NCBI GenBank assembly: GCA_030603385.1 | Contig: JAUVXW010000015.1 | Span: 1-64,000, forward strand | Source: Promethearchaeota archaeon | GTDB taxonomy: Archaea > Asgardarchaeota > Lokiarchaeia > Sigyniarchaeales > SOKP01 | DNA: 64,000 nt | Direction of reading: 5' to 3' | In this document: one piece after another, positions 10,121 to 19,895 of the stretch | Layout: each line of letters starts with the position of its first letter | Numbering within the stretch: the first letter of the stretch is position 1 | Translations under genes and position numbers: made by a program | The notes under the pieces: model-generated | Told to the model about the DNA's origin: nothing | Database searches by the model: none | What the model saw: only the letters and a program-made list of their open reading frames with translations

Positions 10121-11104
10121 ATGGAAAAACTTCCAAGCATGGGTCGATTAACACAGATTCTAAAAAATTACTTTAATGAAGTTGAAGGTATTTTAGGTGT
10201 AGCTATATGTGATCGAGATGGACTTATTATTGCCTCAGAATTCAAGGAAGGAAATGAAGAAGAATCAGATTCAATTATAGGAGCAATTTCTGCTATGCTT
10301 GATAATTATATAGACCGGATTAAAAGCGAGTTTGGGACAAAAGGGAGTTTTTTTAATATGACCGCAACAGGAGATAAAAAGTTTGCTTTTTGCTCAGAAG
10401 GTCCACAATCTATTTTGACAACGGTTGCAGATCAATTCACAAGTGATAATGCATTAAAGGTATACTCAGCACATATAGCTGGAAAAATAGAATTAATTCT
10501 AGAAGGTAATGAAGAAGTTACTCCAGAGATCCCTGAGATTATAAAAGCATTAGCTAAAACGAGAGAGGGAGAACTTCCAAGAATGGCAGGAGAGTATTCA
10601 CATAAACTAATTTTGACCGGAGATTATCAGGTAGGGAAAACATCACTTATCAGAAGGTTTGTTAAGAATACGTTTCAAGGAGATTATATCTCAACTATTG
10701 GGGTTCAATTATCTAAGAAATCAGTTGATTTAACAGATAAAATAAAGATGAACTTCATTATTTGGGACATTGGAGGTCAGAATTTCCAGATGGCTCCTTA
10801 CAGAACAAAGTTCTATAATGGTGCTAATGCCGTATTTATCGTGATAGACAGATCTCGTCAAGATAATCTGAAGAGTGTTGAAAAATGGTATACTGATATT
10901 AAAAGATCAACAGAAAAAAATATTCCCATAGTTATTGTTGGAAATAAATCGGATTTAATCGATCAGTTAGTAATAAGTGAAGATGATATCAAAGAAGTTG
11001 CTAAACAATTTGGTTTTCACTATATTCTTACTTCTGCTAAGACAGGAGAACACGTGAACGATGCATTTTTATACATCGCTTATAGAGTAATTGAGACTCT
11101 TTAA
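10121..11104 (+). CDS. Roadblock/LC7 - Rab-like small GTPase fusion
   Basis: N-terminal VEGILGVAICDRDGLIIAS..IGAISA roadblock; GDYQVGKTS, TIG, WDIGGQ, GNKSD, TSAKTG. Confidence 0.9.
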   Translation: MEKLPSMGRLTQILKNYFNEVEGILGVAICDRDGLIIASEFKEGNEEESDSIIGAISAMLDNYIDRIKSEFGTKGSFFNMTATGDKKFAFCSEGPQSILTTVADQFTSDNALKVYSAHIAGKIELILEGNEEVTPEIPEIIKALAKTREGELPRMAGEYSHKLILTGDYQVGKTSLIRRFVKNTFQGDYISTIGVQLSKKSVDLTDKIKMNFIIWDIGGQNFQMAPYRTKFYNGANAVFIVIDRSRQDNLKSVEKWYTDIKRSTEKNIPIVIVGNKSDLIDQLVISEDDIKEVAKQFGFHYILTSAKTGEHVNDAFLYIAYRVIETL

Positions 11105-11270
11105 TCTCAAAGATGCAAACTTTTTTATGATTTCTCATTCTTTTAAATAATTGATAAATTAATCGAAATAAAATTTAAAATTCAAAATTATTAAAAGGAG
11201 GTTAAAAAAGATAGTAATTAAGGTAGATTGGCACGATGTGCTCACAACTTGAGATGCTGCTGGATATGTC

Positions 11271-12131
11271 ATGGGATTTTCAATAAGAGAGCTTACTTAC
11301 AAGGGAAAATATCTCGTGTATCTTAGTGAACAAGAATTAACAGGTCCTTGGTTCAGTTTTAAATTAGAAGGTAAAGGGATTGGTACAATTCCAGTCATTC
11401 TTAAAAATATAGAACCGACACCAATATATAACATGGTAAATACTCGAAAGGGGACTGCAATAAGTAGAATTACCTTGGATTTTAATATCACAGAATATCT
11501 CAAGAAACTGGTTAAAGAAAACAAAATACAATCGATTTCATTGAAAAAAAAAGAATTTGTTAGGGTGTACAAGGATATTTTTAATCCCCCTCAAGTTCCG
11601 TATATCAGTACTTTCTTTACTATGAAAAATATCTCAGATTTTGCCCTGAAAGATTTTTCTATGTATTTTATATTCGATTTTGATATAAATGGACTTGAAG
11701 GTTATGATAATGATCTATCAGGGTATGACGAAGAAAATGACATTATTTACCAATATGATAATACAGGTTTATACGGTGGATTCTCTCCCCTTTCTAAATC
11801 AACTAATTACCAGTCATGCTTAATAAAGGATTTCACAATCAATCAAAAAAAATTGAATCTTTCTAATACATTACATAAAGGTCCTGGAGAAATTTTATCT
11901 GCTTTACAAATTGAATTTAAGACATTGGAACCTGACCAATCTTTTCAAACAGCAATAGTCATTTCTGGAGGATTTAGTAAAGAAGAATTGATTGAAAATA
12001 TTAAAGAAGGAAAAAATAACGCAATGAAACATTTACATCAAGTAAATCGATCAATCAAATCAGAACAGCGTAATCTTCAAGAGGAAGCATTTATTAAAAT
12101 TAATCTCCAGCAGGCAGAAGATTGTGAGTGA
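11271..12131 (+). CDS. Hypothetical protein, probable beta-sandwich domain
   Basis: Long ORF; MKN...L.DF..YF.FDFDI...ND...YD....IYQYD pattern suggests a beta-rich fold; no function assigned. Confidence 0.7.
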   Translation: MGFSIRELTYKGKYLVYLSEQELTGPWFSFKLEGKGIGTIPVILKNIEPTPIYNMVNTRKGTAISRITLDFNITEYLKKLVKENKIQSISLKKKEFVRVYKDIFNPPQVPYISTFFTMKNISDFALKDFSMYFIFDFDINGLEGYDNDLSGYDEENDIIYQYDNTGLYGGFSPLSKSTNYQSCLIKDFTINQKKLNLSNTLHKGPGEILSALQIEFKTLEPDQSFQTAIVISGGFSKEELIENIKEGKNNAMKHLHQVNRSIKSEQRNLQEEAFIKINLQQAEDCE

Positions 12132-12353
12132 AAGAAATCCATAATAATGACTCAAATAAAAAAACCCTGTGTGGAAAGTTATTTGATGAAAACCTTGCTC
12201 GGGTATGGATTTGTTATAATTAAAAAATTAAAAAATTTGAAAGAAAGAAAATAATAAAATTTTAGAAGAAGCTTTTTTAGGAAGAGATTAATAAATTAAA
12301 ATACAAAATACAGATAACATTATTATCGTTTGAAAAATTTCACTAAATTATTA

Positions 12354-12359
12354 AGGTGA
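12354..12359 (+). promoter_or_regulatory. Shine-Dalgarno-like AGGTGA, 6 nt upstream of a proposed ATT start
   Basis: AGGTGA-atcctc-ATT TTA AAT; same spacing as canonical starts elsewhere in the window. Confidence 0.6.
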
Positions 12360-12365
12360 ATCCTC

Positions 12366-13337
12366 ATTTTAAATTCATTAGAAAATCGTCTAAAGAAATT
12401 ACTAAAAGATTATATGCAAAGTGTTGAGGGCGTATTAGCTGTTACAATTTGCGATAGAGAGGGTTTAGTAATAACATCAGAAAGCAAAGAGGAGGCGGGA
12501 GATGAGGTTGTAATTGGTGCTATTGCTGCTGCTGTCGATAGTTATATTGACAGAATTAAACGTGAATTTAGTGGTGAAACAACTTTCTTTAATATTACTA
12601 CGATTGGAGATAAGAAATTTGCCTATTGTTCAAAGGGTCTGCAGTCAATATTATTAACGATTTCGGATCTAACTAGCTCTGACACTCAATTACGTGTTTT
12701 CTCAGAACATATTGCGAGTAAAATTGAATTGTTATTGGAAGGAAATGAGAATGTCTCTCTTGAGGTTCCTATGATAGTTAAAATATTATCAAAAACAAAA
12801 GAGGGAAAAATCCCATCAGGCAATTTTTCAACGAAATTAATTTTACTAGGAGATTATAAAGTTGGAAAAACCTCTTTAATATTAAGATTTACTAAAAATC
12901 GTTTTCAAGAGAGTTATCATTCTACAATCGGGGTTGATATTTCACAGAAAGATATGGAATTAGGTGAAAACACAGTTATCAATTTTGCGATATGGGACAT
13001 AGGTGGTCAAATAACTCAGATGGCACCCTATAGAAGGAGATTTTATGAAGGTGCTCATTCGGCCTTCATAGTAGTAGATAGAACTCGTCCACTTAATTTA
13101 AATAGCGTTGAAATTTGGCATAATGAAATAAATAAATATGTTGGAAAAGATATTAATATCATTTTAGTTGGAAATAAATCTGACTTAGCAGAAAACATTG
13201 TAATAAGTGAAGAAGAAATAAAAGAGATTGCTGATAAGAACGATTTTCATTACATACTTACTAGCGCAAAGACAGGTGAAAATGTACAAGACGCCTTCTT
13301 ATATATTGCCTATAAATTTTTAGAGTCTGGATCTTAA
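12366..13337 (+). CDS. Roadblock/LC7 - Rab-like small GTPase fusion (probable ATT start at 12366; first ATG at 12414)
   Basis: VEGVLAVTICDREGLVITS roadblock; GDYKVGKTS, WDIGGQ, NKSD, SAK; upstream in-frame SLENRLKKLLKDY matches paralog SLEGRLKTLLINY. Confidence 0.9.
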   Translation: MLNSLENRLKKLLKDYMQSVEGVLAVTICDREGLVITSESKEEAGDEVVIGAIAAAVDSYIDRIKREFSGETTFFNITTIGDKKFAYCSKGLQSILLTISDLTSSDTQLRVFSEHIASKIELLLEGNENVSLEVPMIVKILSKTKEGKIPSGNFSTKLILLGDYKVGKTSLILRFTKNRFQESYHSTIGVDISQKDMELGENTVINFAIWDIGGQITQMAPYRRRFYEGAHSAFIVVDRTRPLNLNSVEIWHNEINKYVGKDINIILVGNKSDLAENIVISEEEIKEIADKNDFHYILTSAKTGENVQDAFLYIAYKFLESGS

Positions 13338-13383
13338 TGAATCTGGATTTTCAAATTTCGAAAAGATATTTAAATATTATTTT

Positions 13384-13394
13384 AAAAAAAAAAA
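13384..13394 (-). terminator. Oligo-T tract downstream of the 2090-aa gene (putative archaeal terminator)
   Basis: 11 A residues on + (T11 on -) about 20 nt after the stop codon. Confidence 0.4.
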
Positions 13395-13412
13395 TTAATT
13401 TTGTTTGATTTC

Positions 13413-16400
13413 TTAAGTTTTCTTGGATTTCTTCTGAGATTTTGAATCATAATATGTTTCTTCAAGAACCCTTAAGGATTCAATTAAGGCTTTATTGGAT
13501 ATAGATTTTTGTTCATATGCTGATTTGATAACTTTTAAAAGGTATTTAGGGAATAATAGATCCATGTAAAAGTCAAACAAGAGAGCATAATACTCATTAT
13601 TTTTCTCATCTCGGAAAACCTTAATCATCTGATTGTCCCAAAGCAATTTTAAAGCAGCATATACATCTTCTACTCCCTTTATTTTAAGCTTTTCGAGATC
13701 TTGCTTTGTCACAATTGCAGTTCTTAATAATCTTAGTGTCTCATAGACGTCAGGATTTATTATTAAATTAACAATATTTAAATTGTCTTCTTTAGTAGGG
13801 CGATAACTTTGGAAGAATTTCTTTACTTCTGCTAAGTATTCTTTTGCGAACTGTGTTGGCAAGCCACGATTAATAGGATCTTTCAATAATTCAACAGGAG
13901 GAACTTTAAGCATAAAGAAATCATTGGTAAGTACAATTAATTCTGATTCTAATCCCTTTACTGTAACTTGTTTTATTATATCTTTCTTCAGAAGTTCTAA
14001 TAAAGTTGCTTCTAAATCGATAAAACCTTCAACATATTTATCTCTAAGCCATATCGTTAATTCAGATTTTGTTATTACACCAATATCTCTTAAATTATCG
14101 ATAATCATCCGTTTAATCTCATCTTGATAGTTAAGTGCTAGTATTTCCTCATCACTAAGTGATGGATATAATGATAAGCGTTGGAAAAGAGATGGGAACA
14201 TATAGAGATATGAATCATCCTCAATATTTTCTATAAGGATCCTTGAAACATCTGGTATTCCTCCCTCATAAACATCAGGATCATCTTCTAATTTTAAAAG
14301 CAAAACAAGGTAATAGCCTGTTTCGGGTCCAGTATAGTATGATAAAATATTTAGCAACCCCGCAGTCAGAGTTATTACGCCTTTTTCACCACTATATTCA
14401 TGTGTGCTGTATATTTGCATAAGCGTCTTGTCAGAAATTTCAGTTTCTTCAGGATATTTAGCTAAAATATTTGTACCAATCCTTTCGTCCCATTTCATTA
14501 GCACTAACCCTATTGGTCGAATTTCCCTTCTTTTTACTGCTTCACTTATTTTTCTTTGAACTTTAAATATTTTCTTCTCAAGTTCAATTCCAAAAGTATT
14601 TTCTATTGAAATATCAATCTTATCCCACATAGCTTTTACTCTTTCCCCTATAAAAACTTCTTTATCGCGATATAAAAGTGATTCTGAGATGAGCTTGTTT
14701 CCTTCAATTGCTTTTTTCATTGTGCGAACTTTCTTAACGAAATTGGGGATTTTAGCATTTTTATAAACTCGATATCCAACGATGCTTCCTACTATACCTA
14801 CTATTGCTGAAACGATTATTATGAAGTAAAATGTAGGTATTCCAAAGAATAGCTCCTCCATCCCAACTACAATTGTAAATGTAAATTCTCTTGAGTAGTA
14901 ATTATCTTTAGAAATATTGATTGTTCCTGTGAGAGTTTTGGAACTAAAGAATGTATCAATATTATCTGTTGGAAAGTAGAATATATAAGTACCATTGGGT
15001 AAAACAGCGATTGGATATACTTTACCCTCGAATTCTACCACGATAGTTGCATTATTCAATGATATATCCCCTTTTGTTGGATCTGTTAGCTGTATTTCAA
15101 TTAAAGCAGTCGTTCCTTTCTTTACATTTATTCGTTTATTAGAAATTATTCGATTATTATATCTTAAAGAATAGTCAATATCTCTTTTATTGACAGTTAA
15201 AGAAATCATAGCATTTTTAAATTCGTAGTTATTTTTGCCTATTGTAATAAGTAGCAAGTATTCTCCAATAGTTAGATTTTCTGTGTTGAAGTCTAAAACA
15301 TACAAATTGTCGATTGTAGATATCAATGTTCCTTGCCCACTATCAACTACATTACCTTCACTGTCATACTTCTCCCATATATATAAATATGATGTTAAAC
15401 CAGTAATTCTAGTTCCTTCCAATTCATCAGTGTATAAAAAGGTAAAATTAATAGCATCTTGAACATCAATGTTTTCAACTTTTCTAAAGAATCCAGATGA
15501 CCCATTAAGTAATGTTAAACGTTCTAATACGACCAAATCGAAATTTTTTGTTGCTGTCGCATAATGTTCTTTAGTAACTGTGAATCTTATGGTATAATCA
15601 TCAGCATCGAGTAAAGATGTATTTATAGGTTGATAATAACATCCCAAATCCTCATCATACTGAACTGTTCCATAAATAGAAGGTTTTTCTATAGAATAAG
15701 TAACTGTTCCTTTAGTCTCATAAATTTCCATTCTTGAATAGTCTGTTCTAAAATTAAGGTTGAAAATAGTTGGTTGATTTGCGTTGATAACGGCTGTATA
15801 TATCGTATCTTTATTTAGACCCTCTAATGAAAACATTCCTTCCCCGGTAATAACATCAGAAATGCTATAAGGGGTTCCCCCAATTGTAATAGTCATGGCT
15901 AATTCTGATGGGAGATAATAATCGATACCGTCAGAAATTTCACTAATCAATAATGTTGCAGCATCTTCAATCCAATCTTTCTCAACAACACTGACTTGAA
16001 AAGTTCCTCCATTGTTAAGTTCTGTCTTTGATAAATTGATTGTCTCTAGATAATGATTTTGGTAAAACTCTTGAATGTATTCAACTTTAATTATAACATC
16101 AAACATGATGTTTGGACTATTTTCTATGGTGAATAAAAACTGGTTATCTAAAGGGTAAATAATTCGATCATCTATGATTAACTTTCCATAGCCAGAACCT
16201 CCTGAATCTAGTGGATATTTAATTCCTTCATTGGTTGATATATTCAAATTAACGTCAGATAATGGATTAATTGGGCTCCAATTAGAAGTATTATAACAAT
16301 TATAGATTTCAAAAGTAACATTTTTAATTGCCCATCCTTCAGCTTCAGTTAAAAGAGACATTGCCTCGGTAATATTGAATCTTCTATATTGAACATTGAT

Positions 16401-19400
16401 TTTATCTCTAATAAATAAGGCATCAGCTATGATGTCTATTGTGCCATCAAATGTTCCTCCAATGGTGAACTCAAAATTATTATCACCGGTGGGACTTCTT
16501 TTATTTATGTTAAGTTCTATTCCTGTCCATGAACCTAGAGCATAATTGTGACCATTATGATTACTCGTATTAATAACTTTAAGGATCCCATAATCACTCA
16601 TAGCAATAGTAATATTTATATCATCCTCCGATAAAGTATTCCACACAATATTATAAAGATTAAAAGTAATCTGCGATAAATTCCAATCGCTTGAGATATC
16701 TGGAATTGAAAACTTAAATGTTGCAGGATTAATATTGTCATAAAGTTTATATTCTATAGTAAAATCTTCAGATACTTTACCGTAAGGGATTACTGACACA
16801 TTAGTACTCTCCTGCCAGTACACTGATTGCGGGGAATCATCATTTTGCGATTGGTTTAGTATTAACTCGTTTTCTAAAAGTAATAGTGACATGATTATAT
16901 CTGGAGGCAAAACATATCCAGATTTTTGAGCTGTTATTTTAAGTATATAAGAAGTTTCAATTTCTAATCCATCTGTCTCAATTTCCACTTGATGTCTTCC
17001 AATATAATCATCTTCTGTAGGCATAATATTGGATTGAACGAGTGTTGTTCCTTCAAATATTTGACATGACATTGAGTCTGCATAATCTGGTCCTATTAAA
17101 TCTTCAAGCCCAGAAGGTACTTCAGTAATATTCAATAGAGCTCTTAATTTTATTTTCGAACCCCAATTAACAATAATATTACTTGTTGGATTTAATGATA
17201 CTATTTTTGTTTCTAATTTTTCTAGCTCTGCTGGAGCAAAATGAATCTTTATAGTATAAGCAGCTTTAGCTTCTACTGTAAAATTTGTCTCCCCTACCCT
17301 TCCAGTCATAAGTTCAGATATTTCAAAGTCCCAGTTTTGTCCGTAAAAACTGATACTTAAAGAATAATTTGAATTTATAACAGAAGAATTTACCCATCTA
17401 AGCGTTACATTTCCATTTAAATCCGTGGTTAAATTTACTATATTTTCACCTGAGTTAAGATTATCTAATGTTAATTTTGCTCCATCAATAGGTGTAAAAG
17501 GAGATTCATAAGTTAAAACTGTAAAGTTGACTGTTGTTAGGAGCACAGTCACATCGAGATCGCTATTTGGTGTAAGTATGTCTCCTGATGCTACTGCAAT
17601 TTCTTTCGGATTGTAATTAGAATCATGATACCACACCGTATAATTATATTCATAAGGAATCATATTTAACCATCGAAATGTTGCATGTCCTGTATTATCA
17701 ATCGTACAATTTTGAATTGGATCTGAACTATTACCGGCTATTACCCATCCAGAATCAAGGGGAATTCCATCAATATCTACCACATTAAAGATATTTCTAC
17801 TTATGTTGCAAATTAAATTAATAGTTTGAAATGTTCCTTCTATTAGAATTGCTTCAGATGTTCTATTAATAATTATAGTATGATAAGGGAGAATATTTGA
17901 TGTCATGGCTACAGTGAAATTAAACTTATCGCCAAGAGATATTAAATCTTCAAATAGAACACTCCCATTAACCTCTGCGATATCGTTCCTAATTAAATTA
18001 TCATTTTCATACATAGAAATATTTACATTGGGTATTGGATTCCCATATAAATCGATAGCGTTAACTTGAAGATCGGTAGACGGAGTATCTTCCGCACCAA
18101 CAGAGTAAAAACTATTGGGATCTTCTTGGTTATTGTATTCAGTGGTAATCCAATCTGCTGAACGAACCATGTTGGAGAGTCGAAATTCGTCGATAGCACC
18201 ATCAAAATATAATGATGAATTCCAAGCAATATCCAACGCTGAAGCACTGACGCCTGTTGGATCAGTTATTACTACATGATACCATGTTCCTGCAGTTACT
18301 GAAGATCCAGTTGCTCCATTAACATAAATTATTGTTGGGCCTGGAAAACTAAGGGTTTTTATTTCACTACTATCAGAATCAATTGATATTTGAGCGGTGC
18401 CATCTAAATCAATTACGGGTGTATCTGTTGGAATACTATAATAAACAATAATCCGAATATGGTCAACTCTTAAGGCAGCGGAGAAAGAACCTGTTTTTTC
18501 TAGCCAAATTCTGAAATTGGAGTTATCAAAATCAGAAGGTGACCACGACCTACCCCATGTATCCCACGAAGCACCAGCTGTTCTATAATAATCAGTAGTA
18601 CTAGTCCAGCTTTGCGGGGATTTATAGGAAGTATAAGTAATTCCCCCATCCCAAGAAAGTCTAACCCTACATCCCACTGAATAGAACTGGACCGAAGTAC
18701 TTCCTTCAATGGAAACTCGAATACCATCAATAATAGCCCCAGCCGGTATACTAAAGCCAAAATTGTACCAATCTTGATCCTCATAATTAGTCAGTTCTGA
18801 TGCTTTATTAAAATCATTGCTGGTGTAAGCACCAGTTGGGTCAGTCCAATCATAATAGTCATCTCCAGTAGCACTTGGGCTCTGATAACCTGTATCATAA
18901 GAATCATACCCTGCGAGAGTAGTAGGATTCATCCAAAATTCTATAGTGTTTATTAATTCTGGGCCAACATTACCGATACTGACATAATCAGGATCGGCGT
19001 TTCCATCAAAATCTAAGCAACCGTCAATCTGTCCTGGTTCCTGATCAATGGAGCCCATTACAACAGCAGTTCCGTGATTACCGTTAATAGTTGAATCTTT
19101 AATGTCACCTGGATTTCCAGGACCAGGATCTTCCTTTAAATGCCATACTCCTTTATAATTGGAATCCCAAACACCCGTTGGGTTTTCGTGGGATCCAATA
19201 AAATCGGGATCTCCATAAAACAGGAATATAGTAGTATCGCTAGAAGTAGACAGCAAAGGAATACGAACCCAGGCTATCAATTCAGCTTCATTAGCACTAT
19301 AAAATGGGTCATATAGTTCTATTTCGTGATCTAACCAAGCAGTACTGTTAGCAAAAGCAATATCATCGCCATCAAACTGAGCCTTATCATCTAAGTCTGA

Positions 19401-19685
19401 GTCAATAATCGAGATTAACACAGGAAAATTAGCATGAGTTCCATTGACTTTATTATGATCAATTGTTATAACCTTATAATAACTAAAATCATCAGCATTC
19501 GGAAGACTGCTTGAAACAGAAAGAAATGATTCGTCCATGATGTCTTGTTCAATATCATCCTGAGTAGTATTATTCATAAATAAAGGTGTGCTAATAATTG
19601 TCGGTATTATTAATGTGATGATAAGAATTACAAGAAATCTTAATTTATTTTTTGATTTTCTCTTAATTTTTTTATTAATATTCAT
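13413..19685 (-). CDS. Giant single-pass surface protein: signal/anchor, DUF2341-like, LamG-like with an inserted domain, Ig/prealbumin-like repeats, TM helix, cytoplasmic uDENN/longin-like plus tandem winged-helix module
   Basis: NFPVLISI..AQFDGDDIAF..LDHEIE..AWVRIP..YG; GVWHL..IEFWMNP..WYHVVIT..FDGAIDEFRLS; TM FYFIIIVSAIVGIVGSIVGY; last ~370 aa align along their length with ORF 61829..62956. Confidence 0.85.
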   Translation of the reverse strand: MNINKKIKRKSKNKLRFLVILIITLIIPTIISTPLFMNNTTQDDIEQDIMDESFLSVSSSLPNADDFSYYKVITIDHNKVNGTHANFPVLISIIDSDLDDKAQFDGDDIAFANSTAWLDHEIELYDPFYSANEAELIAWVRIPLLSTSSDTTIFLFYGDPDFIGSHENPTGVWDSNYKGVWHLKEDPGPGNPGDIKDSTINGNHGTAVVMGSIDQEPGQIDGCLDFDGNADPDYVSIGNVGPELINTIEFWMNPTTLAGYDSYDTGYQSPSATGDDYYDWTDPTGAYTSNDFNKASELTNYEDQDWYNFGFSIPAGAIIDGIRVSIEGSTSVQFYSVGCRVRLSWDGGITYTSYKSPQSWTSTTDYYRTAGASWDTWGRSWSPSDFDNSNFRIWLEKTGSFSAALRVDHIRIIVYYSIPTDTPVIDLDGTAQISIDSDSSEIKTLSFPGPTIIYVNGATGSSVTAGTWYHVVITDPTGVSASALDIAWNSSLYFDGAIDEFRLSNMVRSADWITTEYNNQEDPNSFYSVGAEDTPSTDLQVNAIDLYGNPIPNVNISMYENDNLIRNDIAEVNGSVLFEDLISLGDKFNFTVAMTSNILPYHTIIINRTSEAILIEGTFQTINLICNISRNIFNVVDIDGIPLDSGWVIAGNSSDPIQNCTIDNTGHATFRWLNMIPYEYNYTVWYHDSNYNPKEIAVASGDILTPNSDLDVTVLLTTVNFTVLTYESPFTPIDGAKLTLDNLNSGENIVNLTTDLNGNVTLRWVNSSVINSNYSLSISFYGQNWDFEISELMTGRVGETNFTVEAKAAYTIKIHFAPAELEKLETKIVSLNPTSNIIVNWGSKIKLRALLNITEVPSGLEDLIGPDYADSMSCQIFEGTTLVQSNIMPTEDDYIGRHQVEIETDGLEIETSYILKITAQKSGYVLPPDIIMSLLLLENELILNQSQNDDSPQSVYWQESTNVSVIPYGKVSEDFTIEYKLYDNINPATFKFSIPDISSDWNLSQITFNLYNIVWNTLSEDDINITIAMSDYGILKVINTSNHNGHNYALGSWTGIELNINKRSPTGDNNFEFTIGGTFDGTIDIIADALFIRDKINVQYRRFNITEAMSLLTEAEGWAIKNVTFEIYNCYNTSNWSPINPLSDVNLNISTNEGIKYPLDSGGSGYGKLIIDDRIIYPLDNQFLFTIENSPNIMFDVIIKVEYIQEFYQNHYLETINLSKTELNNGGTFQVSVVEKDWIEDAATLLISEISDGIDYYLPSELAMTITIGGTPYSISDVITGEGMFSLEGLNKDTIYTAVINANQPTIFNLNFRTDYSRMEIYETKGTVTYSIEKPSIYGTVQYDEDLGCYYQPINTSLLDADDYTIRFTVTKEHYATATKNFDLVVLERLTLLNGSSGFFRKVENIDVQDAINFTFLYTDELEGTRITGLTSYLYIWEKYDSEGNVVDSGQGTLISTIDNLYVLDFNTENLTIGEYLLLITIGKNNYEFKNAMISLTVNKRDIDYSLRYNNRIISNKRINVKKGTTALIEIQLTDPTKGDISLNNATIVVEFEGKVYPIAVLPNGTYIFYFPTDNIDTFFSSKTLTGTINISKDNYYSREFTFTIVVGMEELFFGIPTFYFIIIVSAIVGIVGSIVGYRVYKNAKIPNFVKKVRTMKKAIEGNKLISESLLYRDKEVFIGERVKAMWDKIDISIENTFGIELEKKIFKVQRKISEAVKRREIRPIGLVLMKWDERIGTNILAKYPEETEISDKTLMQIYSTHEYSGEKGVITLTAGLLNILSYYTGPETGYYLVLLLKLEDDPDVYEGGIPDVSRILIENIEDDSYLYMFPSLFQRLSLYPSLSDEEILALNYQDEIKRMIIDNLRDIGVITKSELTIWLRDKYVEGFIDLEATLLELLKKDIIKQVTVKGLESELIVLTNDFFMLKVPPVELLKDPINRGLPTQFAKEYLAEVKKFFQSYRPTKEDNLNIVNLIINPDVYETLRLLRTAIVTKQDLEKLKIKGVEDVYAALKLLWDNQMIKVFRDEKNNEYYALLFDFYMDLLFPKYLLKVIKSAYEQKSISNKALIESLRVLEETYYDSKSQKKSKKT

Positions 19686-19883
19686 TTTACAGCATCCCTT
19701 TTAATAAAAAAGTTAAAATGATATTCTTTGTAATAAAGTATAGAGTATGAGGTATATAATGTTATAGGTATCACATATCGGATAATGCAATTATATATTT
19801 TATTTCTTTTTTTTAAAAATCACAGAATTTATAAATAAAATCTTTACTTATTGAGTTAACAAAGATACTGCTTTTATTTAATT

Positions 19884-19889
19884 AGGTGA
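19884..19889 (+). promoter_or_regulatory. Shine-Dalgarno-like AGGTGA, 6 nt upstream of a proposed ATT start
   Basis: AGGTGA-cataaa-ATT TTA AGA CAA. Confidence 0.6.
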
Positions 19890-19895
19890 CATAAA

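Noticed and set aside
12128-12260. Short 30-35 codon ORFs after the 286-aa gene
   Set aside because: Too short, with no motif or SD support
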